The notes below the pieces were generated by a model. That model did no database searches and was not told where the DNA came from. It worked only from the letters and a program-made list of their open reading frames with translations. A stretch of 54,771 bases of DNA from Acidobacteriota bacterium (GTDB lineage Bacteria > Acidobacteriota > HRBIN11). Each line of letters begins with the position of its first letter. Position 1 is the first letter of the stretch. The stretch is from assembly GCA_030550225.1 (NCBI GenBank), contig JAUQPV010000001.1, positions 1-54,771 of the forward strand, read 5' to 3'. Position numbers and translations under genes: made by a program. Positions 40,162 to 50,109 of this stretch are shown here, piece by piece.

Positions 40162-41136
40162 TCAATAATAACTTCCGACCCACGCCAGGGCGATATACCC
40201 CAGCGCCGCCATCAAGGCCCACCACCGGAGGGTTCCCCGCCGCCGATCGTCCAGCCAGGGCAAAAGGGTCCAAAAGGCCAGTAACGCCAGAAAACCCCAT
40301 CCCAGGACCCACCCCGGCGTCCGAGGTTCCAGCCACTGAAGAGGTCGAAAATACCAGGGTGCCCGGGTCACGGGTGGCGGATGCAGGACGTCGGCGACTT
40401 CTGGATGGAGAGGCGGGGCCAAGACGGCCAGGGTCGTCAGGCCGCCGACCCACAGCAGAAGGGCGCTTAGACCCCAGTGGACCCAATCCGGGTAGACCGG
40501 CCGACTCAGACTGGGCCGCCGGAGTCCGGACCGCAGGGAGACATACACATGAGTAAAGGTCAATGCGATGAAAAGCCCGGGCAGGGCCGAAACGTGCAGG
40601 AAATAAAAGCGCGTCAAGGTATCCTGCGTGACGTCGGTCCCGCCGACGAGGAAGGAAAAGAGGGCCCCGAGCCCCGGGAGTCGACGGATCTCTTCCAAGG
40701 CCCGAACCGTCGTCCAGAGGGCCGTCTGGCTCCAAGGCAGGAGGTGACCCGTCACGTCCGAGAGGACCAGCAGGACCAGAAGACCCGTCCCGACGAGCCA
40801 TTGACCCCGAAGGCGCAAGTAGTCCCGCTGGACTAAGATCCCCAGACCATGAAGAACGGCAAGCCCCATCAAGACATAGGCCCCCCAGTGATGGACCGAG
40901 TGGATGACCTCCCCCAAGAAGACCCGATAGCGGATGAGGTTCACGCTCTCGAAGGCCCGTTCGACCGTCGGCCGGTAGTAAAAAGCCAGCAAAGCCCCCG
41001 TGAAGGCCTGGACACCGAAGCCCAGCAGGAGGAGAAGACCCGGGAGGTGATGCCATCCGAAGGCCCACCGGGTCGTCCGCCACGAACGCGGTATCCAGCT
41101 CCGGAAATCGCCGCCTTTCCGCTGCTTGAAAGACAT
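40162..41136 (-). CDS. cytochrome b (bc/b6f-type), copy 2, divergent
   Basis: Bis-His haem ligand pairs VHHWGAYVLMGLAVLH and FLHVSALPGLFIALTFTH; GHLLPWSQ. The Qo-site PEWY position reads APWYFRP. Length 324 aa. Confidence 0.85.
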   Translation of the reverse strand: MSFKQRKGGDFRSWIPRSWRTTRWAFGWHHLPGLLLLLGFGVQAFTGALLAFYYRPTVERAFESVNLIRYRVFLGEVIHSVHHWGAYVLMGLAVLHGLGILVQRDYLRLRGQWLVGTGLLVLLVLSDVTGHLLPWSQTALWTTVRALEEIRRLPGLGALFSFLVGGTDVTQDTLTRFYFLHVSALPGLFIALTFTHVYVSLRSGLRRPSLSRPVYPDWVHWGLSALLLWVGGLTTLAVLAPPLHPEVADVLHPPPVTRAPWYFRPLQWLEPRTPGWVLGWGFLALLAFWTLLPWLDDRRRGTLRWWALMAALGYIALAWVGSYY

Positions 41137-41223
41137 CGACCCTACTCCATCACTTCGTCGTCACTCCGTCATTTCGTTCCTCCATCACTCCGTTACTTTG
41201 TCGTCAGCCCATCACCTCCTTCC

Positions 41224-41646
41224 CTAAAACCGGATGTATACCTGGCCCTGGACGACCTCAACCGCATATCGCGGGAGAGCGCTGGGCGGCGGACCCTGCA
41301 GGACGTTGCCGCTGAGGTCGAACACGCCCCCGTGGCAGGGGCACAGGATGACGTCCCGTTGGGGCGTCCAGCTCACGCCGCACCGCCGGTGGGTGCATAG
41401 GGCCGAAAAGGCCAGCCACTGGTGTTCATTCCGCCGGATCAGCAGGACGGGTCGGTCGGCGACGAAGACGACCCGACTGCTCCCCGGGGCCAACATGTCG
41501 GCCGGCCCGACCCGATAGCCTGAGGCGCTCGACCCGACATTCTCCCGGGGGGGCCGTAAGAACCGCCACAGGGCGTAAAGCCCGGAACCTACCCACAGCG
41601 CTCCCACCAGTCGAACCAGCCACTCCAGGAAGAGCCGCCGCCTCAT
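41224..41646 (-). CDS. Rieske [2Fe-2S] protein, copy 2
   Basis: CTHRRCGV...CPCHGGVFD cluster-binding boxes. N-terminal MRRRLFLEW anchor, Tat-like. The ATG overlaps the stop of the upstream 11-haem gene (ATGA at 41643-41646). Confidence 0.85.
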   Translation of the reverse strand: MRRRLFLEWLVRLVGALWVGSGLYALWRFLRPPRENVGSSASGYRVGPADMLAPGSSRVVFVADRPVLLIRRNEHQWLAFSALCTHRRCGVSWTPQRDVILCPCHGGVFDLSGNVLQGPPPSALPRYAVEVVQGQVYIRF

Positions 41647-43115
41647 GGCTTCAATCTCTTGTCCCGGGACCGGGCCTCGATCTGCCGGATCTTGAGGTAC
41701 AGGGCGATGACCAAGAGCGTGATCCACAGCGTGGCGAAAGCAAAGCCCTTCCGGCGGAAGTCAAATTCGGCCAAGGCCCGCTGACCTGCCGTTCGGGCTT
41801 GCTCGGCGGTCTGAACGGCCGGCTCGACGACCTTCTGGACCTCGGCGGGGTCCGACGTGTGGACGACCGTCCGGGCCTTCAAGTAGGCGTTGTGGACATC
41901 CCGGAGTTGAAACCAGGCGTCGGCCACGTCCATGCCCTTCTGTTCGGCGGCCGTCAGGAGGCGCCGGGCCTCCTCTTCCAGTATGACCAGACGTCGAATC
42001 GTTTCATACATCATACGGGCCACTTGGGTGCCCTTGTCGTCCATCGAGTGGCACTTTCGGCACATGAAGACAGGGGCCTCGGGCTGGAGCTGGTCGAGGG
42101 ACGTCGTCGGGACCTCGTGATTACCGTGGCAGGCTTCGCACTGCGGGAGGCCCTTCTTTTCGAAGGCGGCCGCGTGGGGACTCTTGCTGAAGTACTCGGC
42201 ATTCAGGGTATGACAGAGGCCGCACACGTGGGAGAGCGTCTGCACGCCAGGCGGCATGGCGCCGTGGTTGCCGTGGCAGTCGTTGCAGGCCGGGGCCCCC
42301 GTGTCGTGTTTCTCCAGGAGGGCCCGGCCGTGGGCCGTCGAAGCGTAGAGGTCGTATTGATTCGTCGGAATCCCGTAAGGCTTCATGTATGCAGGGTCGC
42401 TGTGGCACCGGGCGCACATGATGGGCACGTTGACGGCGTACACGCTGGACCGGGGGTCCTTCGGGGGATAGATGGTATGGGCCGTGTGACAGTCCGAACA
42501 GGTGGCGACCCGGGTGTCACCCTGCTGGAGCCGCTGACCGTGACGGCTCGTCCAATACTTCTCCAGTTGGTCCGTCGGGAGGGCCGGATTAAACTTCCGC
42601 ATGTAGGCAGGGTCGGCATGACATCGAGCGCACAAGAAGACCTCCCGGGTCGGGTAGGTCGGCGACTGGGGGTCCCGGCTGGAGCGAATCTCATGGACGT
42701 CGTGACAACTGACACAGGTCGCCACGTCGGCCTTTCCGTGCACGCTGGTCTCAAAGCGTTGGAACTGGATGGTATCGATCGAACTGGCCCACTGGGCCAT
42801 CCGGGATTCGTTCGCGTGGCAGGCGTTGCAGGTCTGCGTGATCTGAGCGCCCTTGGGAACGCCGATATACCCCTTCTTGGGGTCCATCGCCGCGTCCATA
42901 TCGGCCTGGGTCGGGTCGCCGCCGTGACAGCCGGCGCAGGAGATGCCTTTCTGGAAATGAACGTCATTGACATACTTCTGGGAAGGGGTGTCTTCCAAGA
43001 GCTCCCGATGACAGGTCCGACACTGGTCCTGCGTCTGCGCCTGCCCGGTTTGCAGGCCGCCGCCTAAGACCAACGCCAAGACCCCGACGATGACCCAAAT
43101 GCCAAAGCGCTGCAT
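41643..43115 (-). CDS. 11-CxxCH multihaem cytochrome c with a C-terminal TM anchor
   Basis: MQRFGIWVIVGVLALVLGGG signal peptide. Eleven CxxCH: CRTCH, CAGCH, CNACH, CVSCH, CARCH x2, CSDCH, CNDCH, CGLCH, CEACH, CRKCH. A coiled-coil-like segment is followed by FAFATLWITLLVIALYL. The ORF extension to 43274 runs through the repeat element. Confidence 0.85.
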   Translation of the reverse strand: MQRFGIWVIVGVLALVLGGGLQTGQAQTQDQCRTCHRELLEDTPSQKYVNDVHFQKGISCAGCHGGDPTQADMDAAMDPKKGYIGVPKGAQITQTCNACHANESRMAQWASSIDTIQFQRFETSVHGKADVATCVSCHDVHEIRSSRDPQSPTYPTREVFLCARCHADPAYMRKFNPALPTDQLEKYWTSRHGQRLQQGDTRVATCSDCHTAHTIYPPKDPRSSVYAVNVPIMCARCHSDPAYMKPYGIPTNQYDLYASTAHGRALLEKHDTGAPACNDCHGNHGAMPPGVQTLSHVCGLCHTLNAEYFSKSPHAAAFEKKGLPQCEACHGNHEVPTTSLDQLQPEAPVFMCRKCHSMDDKGTQVARMMYETIRRLVILEEEARRLLTAAEQKGMDVADAWFQLRDVHNAYLKARTVVHTSDPAEVQKVVEPAVQTAEQARTAGQRALAEFDFRRKGFAFATLWITLLVIALYLKIRQIEARSRDKRLKP

Positions 43116-43300
43116 GATTTCGACCCTTCGAGCAATCGGTGTTGGGGGCTGGGTGTTGGGTCCAAGGAGACTACAGACCCCAGACCGAACGGAGTCGTCG
43201 GAATAGCCCGTCTCAGGACGAAGCGAACCTGACCCCCGGAATAGGTCGGTGGTCAGTCGTCCGTGGTCTTTCATACCAAATACCTACCACCCGACATCTC
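43116..43300 (-). repeat. About 180-nt structured repeat element, copy 2 (inverted relative to copy 1)
   Basis: The reverse complement of 43137-43300 aligns with 37118-37295 over the arms and core (see copy 1). A left flank gatttcgacccttcgagcaatcggtg is shared with 50081-50118. Confidence 0.8.
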
Positions 43301-43386
43301 CATCCAGTATCGTGACGCCGTGATGAAGTCCACCCCAGGCCGTCGCCGGAGCGAACGGCCCGGGATCGGCGTCGTCACGACGCCTC

Positions 43387-44460
43387 CTATGACCGGAAGC
43401 CCCATAGCGTCATCGTAGCAATATAGACAAGCACGATCCATCCGATGAGATGAGCGATTTCATTCCGATACTTGCCGAGCCGCCCCTCCCAGAAGGGCAC
43501 CGTCATCCACAAGAGGCCGCCGAGCGTGAAAAACAAGACACCCACGAACTCCCCCTCCAGGAAGAAGACCTTCGCCGGCAGGATCTTCAGGGTCTGATAC
43601 ATAAACAGAAAGTACCACTCGGGCTTGATCCCTGGCGGCGCCGGCGCAAAGGGGTCGGCCTTCGGACCCAACTCCCACGGATAAAAGACGGCCAAAAAGG
43701 CCAGGACATTCAAAACGATCAGCCACAAGAGGAGGTCCCGGAGCAAGAAGTTCGGAAAGAAAGGCATCCGCCGCTTCTCCGACTCGGGTCGCCCGGCCCA
43801 GGACTCGGGTTCGGCGATGCCCTGCCGCTGGATGAACAGCAGATGGAGGGTCAGCAGGATGGTGAAGATGCCCGGCAGGAGCGCTACATGCAGGCCGAAA
43901 AAGCGGGCCAGGGTCGCCCCGCTGACCTCCTCACCGCCCCGGAGGATTCGGACTAATTCATGACCGATGGCCGGGACCGAGCCGACAATTTCGGTCCCGA
44001 CCCGTGTCGCAAAGAAAGCCAACTGGTTCCAGGGCAGGAGGTACCCCGTGAAGCCGAAAAACAGAGCCAGCACCAGGAGGAGAAAGCCGCTGACCCACGT
44101 GAGCTCCCGGGGCTTTCGATAGGCTCGCGTGAAGTACACGCTAAACATGTGAATGAAGACCGTCAGGATCATCAGGTTGGCGCCCCAACTGTGAATGGAC
44201 CGGATCAGCCATCCGAACCGGACCTGGGACATGATGAAGCGTACGCTCTCGTAGGATGCGTCCTCGCCGACCCGGTAGTACATCAAGAGCAGGATGCCCG
44301 TCGTCACTTGGACCAAAAAAAGGAAGAGGCTGACGCCACCAAAATAGTACCAAATGGTGTGCCGGTGCATGGGCACGTACTTGTGGGACATGAATTCGAC
44401 GAGGGCCTGGAGTTGATATCGCTCGTCCAGCCACCGATAGATGCGCCGCCACATAGTCAC
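43387..44460 (-). CDS. cytochrome b (bc/b6f-type, fused N- and C-terminal parts), copy 1
   Basis: [20 protein letters not shown] and [19 protein letters not shown] haem ligand pairs; GYLLPWNQ; canonical Qo motif PEWYFLF. Length 357 aa. Confidence 0.9.
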   Translation of the reverse strand: MTMWRRIYRWLDERYQLQALVEFMSHKYVPMHRHTIWYYFGGVSLFLFLVQVTTGILLLMYYRVGEDASYESVRFIMSQVRFGWLIRSIHSWGANLMILTVFIHMFSVYFTRAYRKPRELTWVSGFLLLVLALFFGFTGYLLPWNQLAFFATRVGTEIVGSVPAIGHELVRILRGGEEVSGATLARFFGLHVALLPGIFTILLTLHLLFIQRQGIAEPESWAGRPESEKRRMPFFPNFLLRDLLLWLIVLNVLAFLAVFYPWELGPKADPFAPAPPGIKPEWYFLFMYQTLKILPAKVFFLEGEFVGVLFFTLGGLLWMTVPFWEGRLGKYRNEIAHLIGWIVLVYIATMTLWGFRS

Positions 44461-44475
44461 TACCCCACCGCTACA

Positions 44476-44721
<246 letters not shown>

Positions 44722-44724
44722 CCA

Positions 44725-45174
44725 TTAGGCCTCCCGCGTGACGTATACGTCGTCCCCCCGAACGACGACCTTCAGGGGCTCCAGGGGCCGCGGCGGGGGA
44801 CCGGCGATGTTGATACCGTTTAGGTCAAAACGCCCGTTGTGACAGGCGCACCAGATCAACTTCCAGTCCGGCCGGTACTGGACGATGCAGGCCAGATGCG
44901 TACAGGTCGCTGTAAAGGCCTTGAAGTCCCCAAACTCCGTCCGAATGAGGAGTACAGGCTCGTTCCCAAACCGGACGACCCGCCCCGAGTTGGGCTCAAA
45001 GTCGTCGACCTTCCCAACCTTGACGGCCGACAGCCGCGCCTCGGGGACCCGGGGCGGGATGATGTACTGAATAATGGGATATAAGACGGACGAAATCCAA
45101 CCGACGATACCCAGGCCGAGAAGCCAGTCGATGAAGCTTCGTCGGGTCACACCCCTCATCGGCCACCCCCTCAA
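44725..45174 (-). CDS. Rieske [2Fe-2S] protein, copy 1 (Tat signal)
   Basis: Twin-arginine TRRSFIDWLLGLG; cluster boxes CTHLACIV...CACHNGRFD. Confidence 0.88.
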   Translation of the reverse strand: MRGWPMRGVTRRSFIDWLLGLGIVGWISSVLYPIIQYIIPPRVPEARLSAVKVGKVDDFEPNSGRVVRFGNEPVLLIRTEFGDFKAFTATCTHLACIVQYRPDWKLIWCACHNGRFDLNGINIAGPPPRPLEPLKVVVRGDDVYVTREA

Positions 45175-45346
45175 ATATACCGCCGAGCGAATACGGAATA
45201 GGGTCCCGGGTGCCAGGTCCAGAGAAAAGGGGACTACAGATTACAAACGATGGACCCCACACCTGTAGGGTCTCAGGGACGAGGCCACCTGGTCCAACGA
45301 GACAAGGCCCCGGGTCCCTATCCTCCCGGGGCCGGCACCTGAAGTG

Positions 45347-45718
45347 TCACTTCTTACCCTTCAGGGAGAACAGCCACTCGGCCAGGGTCTTGAGTTCCGC
45401 CTCCGTCCCCTTAAAGAGGACCTTATGCTTTTTGCCGTCCTTTTCGACCTTCTTCAGGAGGTAGTCCTGAATCCACTGGGCGCTCTCGACCTTCGAACCG
45501 ACGTCCGACAGGTCCGTCACCTTCGCTTCTGCTTCTTCTCCCTCAGCGGCCTTTTTCGCCTCGATGCCCTCGGCCTTGATGCTGTGGCACATCGTGCACT
45601 TGTACTTGGTGAAGAGCTCCTTGCCCGAGGCGGCCTTCTCCTGGGCCGTCGCCGCTCCCGTCAGGCCGACGACCAGGACGGCCGCCCATGCCATCCATGC
45701 CCACGATGCGATCCGCAT
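45347..45718 (-). CDS. monohaem class I cytochrome c (123 aa), tandem copy A
   Basis: Signal peptide MRIASWAWMAWAAVLVVGLTGAATAQ and a single CTMCH. The mature part differs from copy B at one residue by my reading (QDYLL versus QDWLL). Confidence 0.85.
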   Translation of the reverse strand: MRIASWAWMAWAAVLVVGLTGAATAQEKAASGKELFTKYKCTMCHSIKAEGIEAKKAAEGEEAEAKVTDLSDVGSKVESAQWIQDYLLKKVEKDGKKHKVLFKGTEAELKTLAEWLFSLKGKK

Positions 45719-45849
45719 AAGTGAACCTCCCTTTGCTCTATATCATTTTTAAGGAATCTCTCAGACCCCCAGGAGTCATCCCGGCATCCTCCTCGCGGGC
45801 CGGACATGCCCTGAAAACGGGTGGAGCTGGGACCCGGGGACCTGAAGCG

Positions 45850-46221
45850 TCACTTCTTACCCTTCAGGGAGAACAGCCACTCGGCCAGGGTCTTGAGTTC
45901 CGCCTCCGTCCCCTTGAAGAGGACCTTATGCTTTTTGCCGTCCTTTTCGACCTTCTTCAGGAGCCAATCCTGAATCCACTGGGCGCTCTCGACCTTCGAA
46001 CCGACGTCCGACAGGTCCGTCACCTTCGCTTCTGCTTCCTCTCCTTCCGCGGCCTTCTTGGCTTCGATGCCCTCGGCCTTGATGCTGTGGCACATCGTGC
46101 ACTTGTACTTGGTGAAGAGTTCCTTGCCTGAAGCGGCCTTCTCCTGGGCCGTCGCCACACCGGCCAGGCCGACGACCAGGAGAGCCGCCCATAACATCCA
46201 TAACCATGATGCCATTCGCAT
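45850..46221 (-). CDS. monohaem class I cytochrome c (123 aa), tandem copy B
   Basis: MRMASWLWMLWAALLVVGLAGVATAQ signal peptide, CTMCH, 503-bp register with copy A. The ORF extension to 46509 runs through the repeat arms. Confidence 0.85.
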   Translation of the reverse strand: MRMASWLWMLWAALLVVGLAGVATAQEKAASGKELFTKYKCTMCHSIKAEGIEAKKAAEGEEAEAKVTDLSDVGSKVESAQWIQDWLLKKVEKDGKKHKVLFKGTEAELKTLAEWLFSLKGKK

Positions 46222-46240
46222 GGTGGCCCTCCTTCTTCCA

Positions 46241-46389
46241 GGATGCAAGGCGCAAGATGCAGGATAGGGACTTTGGATATCGATGAATCCCGGGCGTGGT
46301 ATCCGACATCCGGGCACCTCTCGTCGAAGCCTGGCTTTAGTCCCCTCCCCTCCTGCATCCTGTACCCTGCATCCCGCATCGTGCATCCC
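46241..46389. repeat. Inverted repeat with tandem-heptamer arms (GATGCAG/GATGCAA type)
   Basis: Left arm 46241-46269 is ggatgcaaggcgcaagatgcaggataggg. Right arm 46349-46389 is cctcctgcatcctgtaccctgcatcccgcatcgtgcatccc. It lies between the porin gene and cytochrome c copy B. Confidence 0.8.
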
Positions 46390-46538
46390 GAAATAAAAGA
46401 GCGGCCCCTTCCCGCACAGCCGTGCAGGAAGGGGGCGGGTAGTGGGGGGGGTGCTGGATTCCTTGCCTTCCCGACGACTCCGACGTCTACTCCATCGTCC
46501 CTCGACCAATGCTTCATTTCAACGGGAGTAACGGAGCA

Positions 46539-48869
46539 CTAAAACGTGTAGCTGACCTTCATGTAGAACACGGTGACGTTATAGCCCTTCAGTTGAGTCC
46601 CCATAAGGGTCGCCTCGTTGAACGCACCGGCCGCCGTGACCGGGATATACGCGAAGCCGACGGTACTCAGGTCGTCGTCGTAGCGGAACTTCTCCCAAAG
46701 GGCACCGAGCGTGTACGTCAGACCCCGCGTCACGCTATATCGGAGGCTGGCGTTCAAGACGTGGAACCGGACGTCATCGACCTGGTCGAAACTCACCGGC
46801 TCAAAGGGATTCGCATCGTTGGCCGATGTCCCGACAGGGCTCACGAAGGCGACGGCCCCATCGGACTTCGAGTACGTATAGGACACGTCCGCCGTCAGCT
46901 TCCGCGGCTTCAGCAGAACGGCCTGCAGGCCCCCGCCCAGGCTGTGGAGCTTGTCCTTCTCGTCGGACGTCCAGTTGCTGAGCGAATCTAGACCGGTTTC
47001 CCGCACATAGGGATCGCCGACACCGTTCCGAGCCCACTGCCGCACCTTCTGGCTGTTTTTGTACCCTTCGAAGCTATAGAAGGCAAACAGGCTGACTTGC
47101 TCCGTCAGCGCATAGTCAGCGTCGACGGAATAGACGGTCCGACGGTCGTTCAAGAGTCCAAAGGGGGAATCCCGGAAATTGTCCTTCCCGTAGACGACCG
47201 ATCCCGAGAGAGTCAGCTTGTCCGTAGGAGCCACCGAGACCATCCACAAGACGCTGTCCCGGTCCCGATTCGCCTGGTCGTATTTCCGCAGGAAGGGGAG
47301 TTGAGGCGGGTTCCTGACCTCCTCCTCACCCAGATGAGAGGCGATGAAGGGGATCATAAAGTCGTATTCGCCCCGCCGCCGGGAACGTTCGTAGGCGGCC
47401 CGGAGAGTCAACCAGGACAGGGGTGTCGTGTCGAGGGCAACCTTGAAGATGTTGTCGTCCTGCTCGGCGACCTCCCGGAAGACCCGGTCGGTCCGGATAA
47501 ACCGGTAGCCAAGCGTGAGCGTCGTCGATTTCCAGACGTCCAGACCCAGGTCTACCGAAAAGCTATTCTTCTTAAAGCCGGTCGGGATGTTGGCCGCCGG
47601 TTCGGGCTCCCAGACGGCGTCCACCCAGACGCGGCCCGGGAAGTGAATCTGTTCCGACTTGTTGTCCCAATGGTAGAAGTTGTACTTGAGTTTTAGGCGG
47701 GTGAATCGCAGGGGCTTGGACGTCAGCAACAGCTGAAGCTGGGTAACGTCAACCTTCAGGTCCGCCTGCTGGATGGGCAGACTGGCCTTATCCCAGGCGT
47801 CGAAGGGGACAGGCTCGCCGGGGACCCTGCTCGGGGCACCCTTGCGGATGGCCCGGTTGGTCGTGTAAGGGACTAAGGGGTCGTTCTGGGTCAGGCGCCC
47901 GAAGGAGGCCGTGGCCGAAAGCCGACTCTCGAGGGGGAGGTCCATCAGGACACCGCTGAATGAGAAGTAGTGCGCCCGGTTGTTGGGATACAGGTCGATT
48001 AGACCCGAGGCCGGCCCGGCCAGATAGGACTGGCGATAAGCCGTCGCCGTCGTGCTGTCCGTCGCCCGGTAGGGGTTCGCCCACGTCAGGGTGTCGATGT
48101 TGTTCGCGAAGTCCGAGAAATAGTAGCTGACGTTCACGAAGAGGGGCTTGCGGCCGTATTCGGCGGCGAGACGCACCTGGGTCGTGTCGTAGTCGATAGG
48201 CTCCGGGATTTCGACCACGTTGCCGAAGCCAAAGTTACCACTAAAGGGTCGTGTGCCCTCCCGTTTCTCGAAGCGGGTCTCCGCCGTCAGCCGGAAGGGG
48301 TCCCAGGCGACGACCTTCAGGTCGGCCCGGAAGGTCTTCCGAAAGAGGGCTTCATCGAAGGTCGCGGCCCCGGGTAGGTAGCCCAGGATGCGGCTGACCA
48401 GGTCCGTCGGCGACCGGGACGACTGCAAGTCACTTTGAAGCCGCGGACTCAACTGAAGATTACCAGTCCCGATGCCCGAAAACAGAGACTGGGCGTCAAA
48501 GGCAAACCGGTGGGGGATCTTGTCATAGGTCAGATCCAGCTTGAACCATCCGAACCGCTGACTGGTCAGTTGGAGGAGTTGGTCGTCCCGGGCGATATTC
48601 TTCGCCAGAGCCTCCAAGATGTAGGCACCCCGGCGGTACCGGACCATTACGTCGCCCCACGAGCCTGGCGGAAAGGCTCGGTACTCGGTGAACTTCGCCG
48701 AGTCCCGGAGATGGCTCACGGCGGCGGCTGTAACTTCCGTCTGGACCGTCACCGTGGGCTTGACTTCTTCTTGGAACTTCTCCTTCTCTTGGGCCCACCC
48801 ATAGGACACGATGGACGATAAGAGCAGGATTGTCCCCCCCATGACAAGAATTCTCGCACGTTCCGACAT
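46539..48869 (-). CDS. MtrB/PioB-family outer-membrane beta-barrel (decahaem-associated porin)
   Basis: Signal peptide. N-terminal KFTEYRAF...LDLTYDKIPHRF resembles the MtrB/PioB signature (KFGEY..., YDxIPH). The body is long, with alternating beta-strand character, and ends in an aromatic residue (...YMKVSYTF). It lies immediately downstream of a decahaem gene (12-nt gap). GGAGGGAGG RBS. Confidence 0.8.
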   Translation of the reverse strand: MSERARILVMGGTILLLSSIVSYGWAQEKEKFQEEVKPTVTVQTEVTAAAVSHLRDSAKFTEYRAFPPGSWGDVMVRYRRGAYILEALAKNIARDDQLLQLTSQRFGWFKLDLTYDKIPHRFAFDAQSLFSGIGTGNLQLSPRLQSDLQSSRSPTDLVSRILGYLPGAATFDEALFRKTFRADLKVVAWDPFRLTAETRFEKREGTRPFSGNFGFGNVVEIPEPIDYDTTQVRLAAEYGRKPLFVNVSYYFSDFANNIDTLTWANPYRATDSTTATAYRQSYLAGPASGLIDLYPNNRAHYFSFSGVLMDLPLESRLSATASFGRLTQNDPLVPYTTNRAIRKGAPSRVPGEPVPFDAWDKASLPIQQADLKVDVTQLQLLLTSKPLRFTRLKLKYNFYHWDNKSEQIHFPGRVWVDAVWEPEPAANIPTGFKKNSFSVDLGLDVWKSTTLTLGYRFIRTDRVFREVAEQDDNIFKVALDTTPLSWLTLRAAYERSRRRGEYDFMIPFIASHLGEEEVRNPPQLPFLRKYDQANRDRDSVLWMVSVAPTDKLTLSGSVVYGKDNFRDSPFGLLNDRRTVYSVDADYALTEQVSLFAFYSFEGYKNSQKVRQWARNGVGDPYVRETGLDSLSNWTSDEKDKLHSLGGGLQAVLLKPRKLTADVSYTYSKSDGAVAFVSPVGTSANDANPFEPVSFDQVDDVRFHVLNASLRYSVTRGLTYTLGALWEKFRYDDDLSTVGFAYIPVTAAGAFNEATLMGTQLKGYNVTVFYMKVSYTF

Positions 48870-48881
48870 GGCCTCCCTCCT

Positions 48882-49868
48882 TCAGCGGGCTAATATTTTG
48901 CCGGATGGATGGTTGCTTCCGTGGATTTGGGAATGGCAGTTCAGACAGTTCCGGTAGAAGGCTCGGTTGTTCAACGCTTGATACGCCGAGAGTCCCTGAG
49001 CGGCCTGCTGAGGATTCAAAGCATACAGCCTACCCGGGTGGCCGCTATTGGAATGACAACTCTGGCACAGGAAGGGCGTCTTCGACACCAAAAGCTTGGT
49101 ATGGGACGATCCATGCGGTGTGTGGCAAGTCCCACAGCTTTCCGTCGCCGGGGGGTGCTCCCACAGGAAGGGACCCCGCTTTTCCGCATGACACTCGTAG
49201 CACTTTTCATTGATCGAATTGGCGGCGATTAGCTTGTCGGTCACCGTACCGTGGGGGTTGTGACAGCTCGTGCACTCCATCCGGCCTTCCCGAACGGGAT
49301 GGTGAGAATTCTTGAGAATCTCGGCCTTCACCTGCTGATGACACGTCGTGCAGGTCTCGACCTCCGTCGGCTTGGCCAGATTCTTCGGATAGCCGCTATG
49401 GACGCTGTGGCAGTTCGTGCAGGCCAAATTCCGACTTTCGTGAGGACTCCCATGCCAGAGGGCGACCTTCGTCGTCATCGTCTCATGACAGCTCAGACAG
49501 ACAGCGTTCCGCTCCTCGACCGAGAGCTTCGACTTCGGACCCAGGACCCGAATCGAGACGTTGGCCGATCCCGTCGGAGCGGCGGAGCTGTCCCCATTCC
49601 CGGGGACTTCGCCGCCTTGCTCCTTCACGTGCGCCGCCCCGGGGCCGTGGCAGGTCTCGCACCCGAATTTGGCCTCCGGCGTGCGCTTGTCTTCCTTCAC
49701 GCCGTGGGTGGTCTGGATGTAACTCTGGTAGTACGGTGCGTGACACTCGCGACACGCCTGCGTGCCCACGTAGCCCTTCGCTGGGGGAGCTTCCTGGGCT
49801 GCCGGAACCGACGCCGTGAGGAGGAACCCGACCAGACATCCGATGAGGATGAAAATCTTTGGCTTCAT
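48882..49868 (-). CDS. MtrA/DmsE/PioA/MtoA-family periplasmic decahaem cytochrome c
   Basis: Signal peptide MKPKIFILIGCLVGFLLTASVPAAQ. Exactly 10 CxxCH in about 330 aa: CRECH, CETCH, CLSCH, CTNCH, CTTCH, CTSCH, CYECH, CGTCH, CQSCH, CLNCH. GGAGGGGG lies before the ATG at 49868; an alternative ATG is at 49883. Confidence 0.85.
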   Translation of the reverse strand: MKPKIFILIGCLVGFLLTASVPAAQEAPPAKGYVGTQACRECHAPYYQSYIQTTHGVKEDKRTPEAKFGCETCHGPGAAHVKEQGGEVPGNGDSSAAPTGSANVSIRVLGPKSKLSVEERNAVCLSCHETMTTKVALWHGSPHESRNLACTNCHSVHSGYPKNLAKPTEVETCTTCHQQVKAEILKNSHHPVREGRMECTSCHNPHGTVTDKLIAANSINEKCYECHAEKRGPFLWEHPPATESCGTCHTPHGSSHTKLLVSKTPFLCQSCHSNSGHPGRLYALNPQQAAQGLSAYQALNNRAFYRNCLNCHSQIHGSNHPSGKILAR

Positions 49869-50109
49869 CACCGCCCCCTCCATTCCCTAAAATCGGATGG
49901 TCTCTGTATCCTACAATTTCCGTTCCAAACCCCCTGAAAGTCGGGGTGCCGGGCCGTAGGAAGCGCATCGGGTGGAAATAGGCAGGTCGGCCGATCATGG
50001 CTCATAGCGGATGGCTTAGAGTCCTATGAGCTATGACCTATGAGTGCATCCGAGCCGTTCGGTTCGTGAAAACCCGCATGGATTCGGCTTTTCCGACCCT
50101 TCGAAAAAT

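Noticed and set aside
40151-41083. N-terminal 311 codons of the 1261-aa ORF 37298..41083, which would make the multihaem protein even larger.
   Set aside because: This stretch overlaps, in another frame, a clearly recognisable cytochrome b gene (40162-41136). It translates to Pro/Gly/Arg-rich low complexity. A proper signal-peptide start (MNAAVFVLML...) exists at 40150, just after the cytochrome b stop.
49935-49960. GGCAC...TTTCA on the minus strand upstream of the decahaem gene as a sigma-54 promoter.
   Set aside because: The spacing between GG and the putative -12 element is off by one, and the -12 GC is absent.
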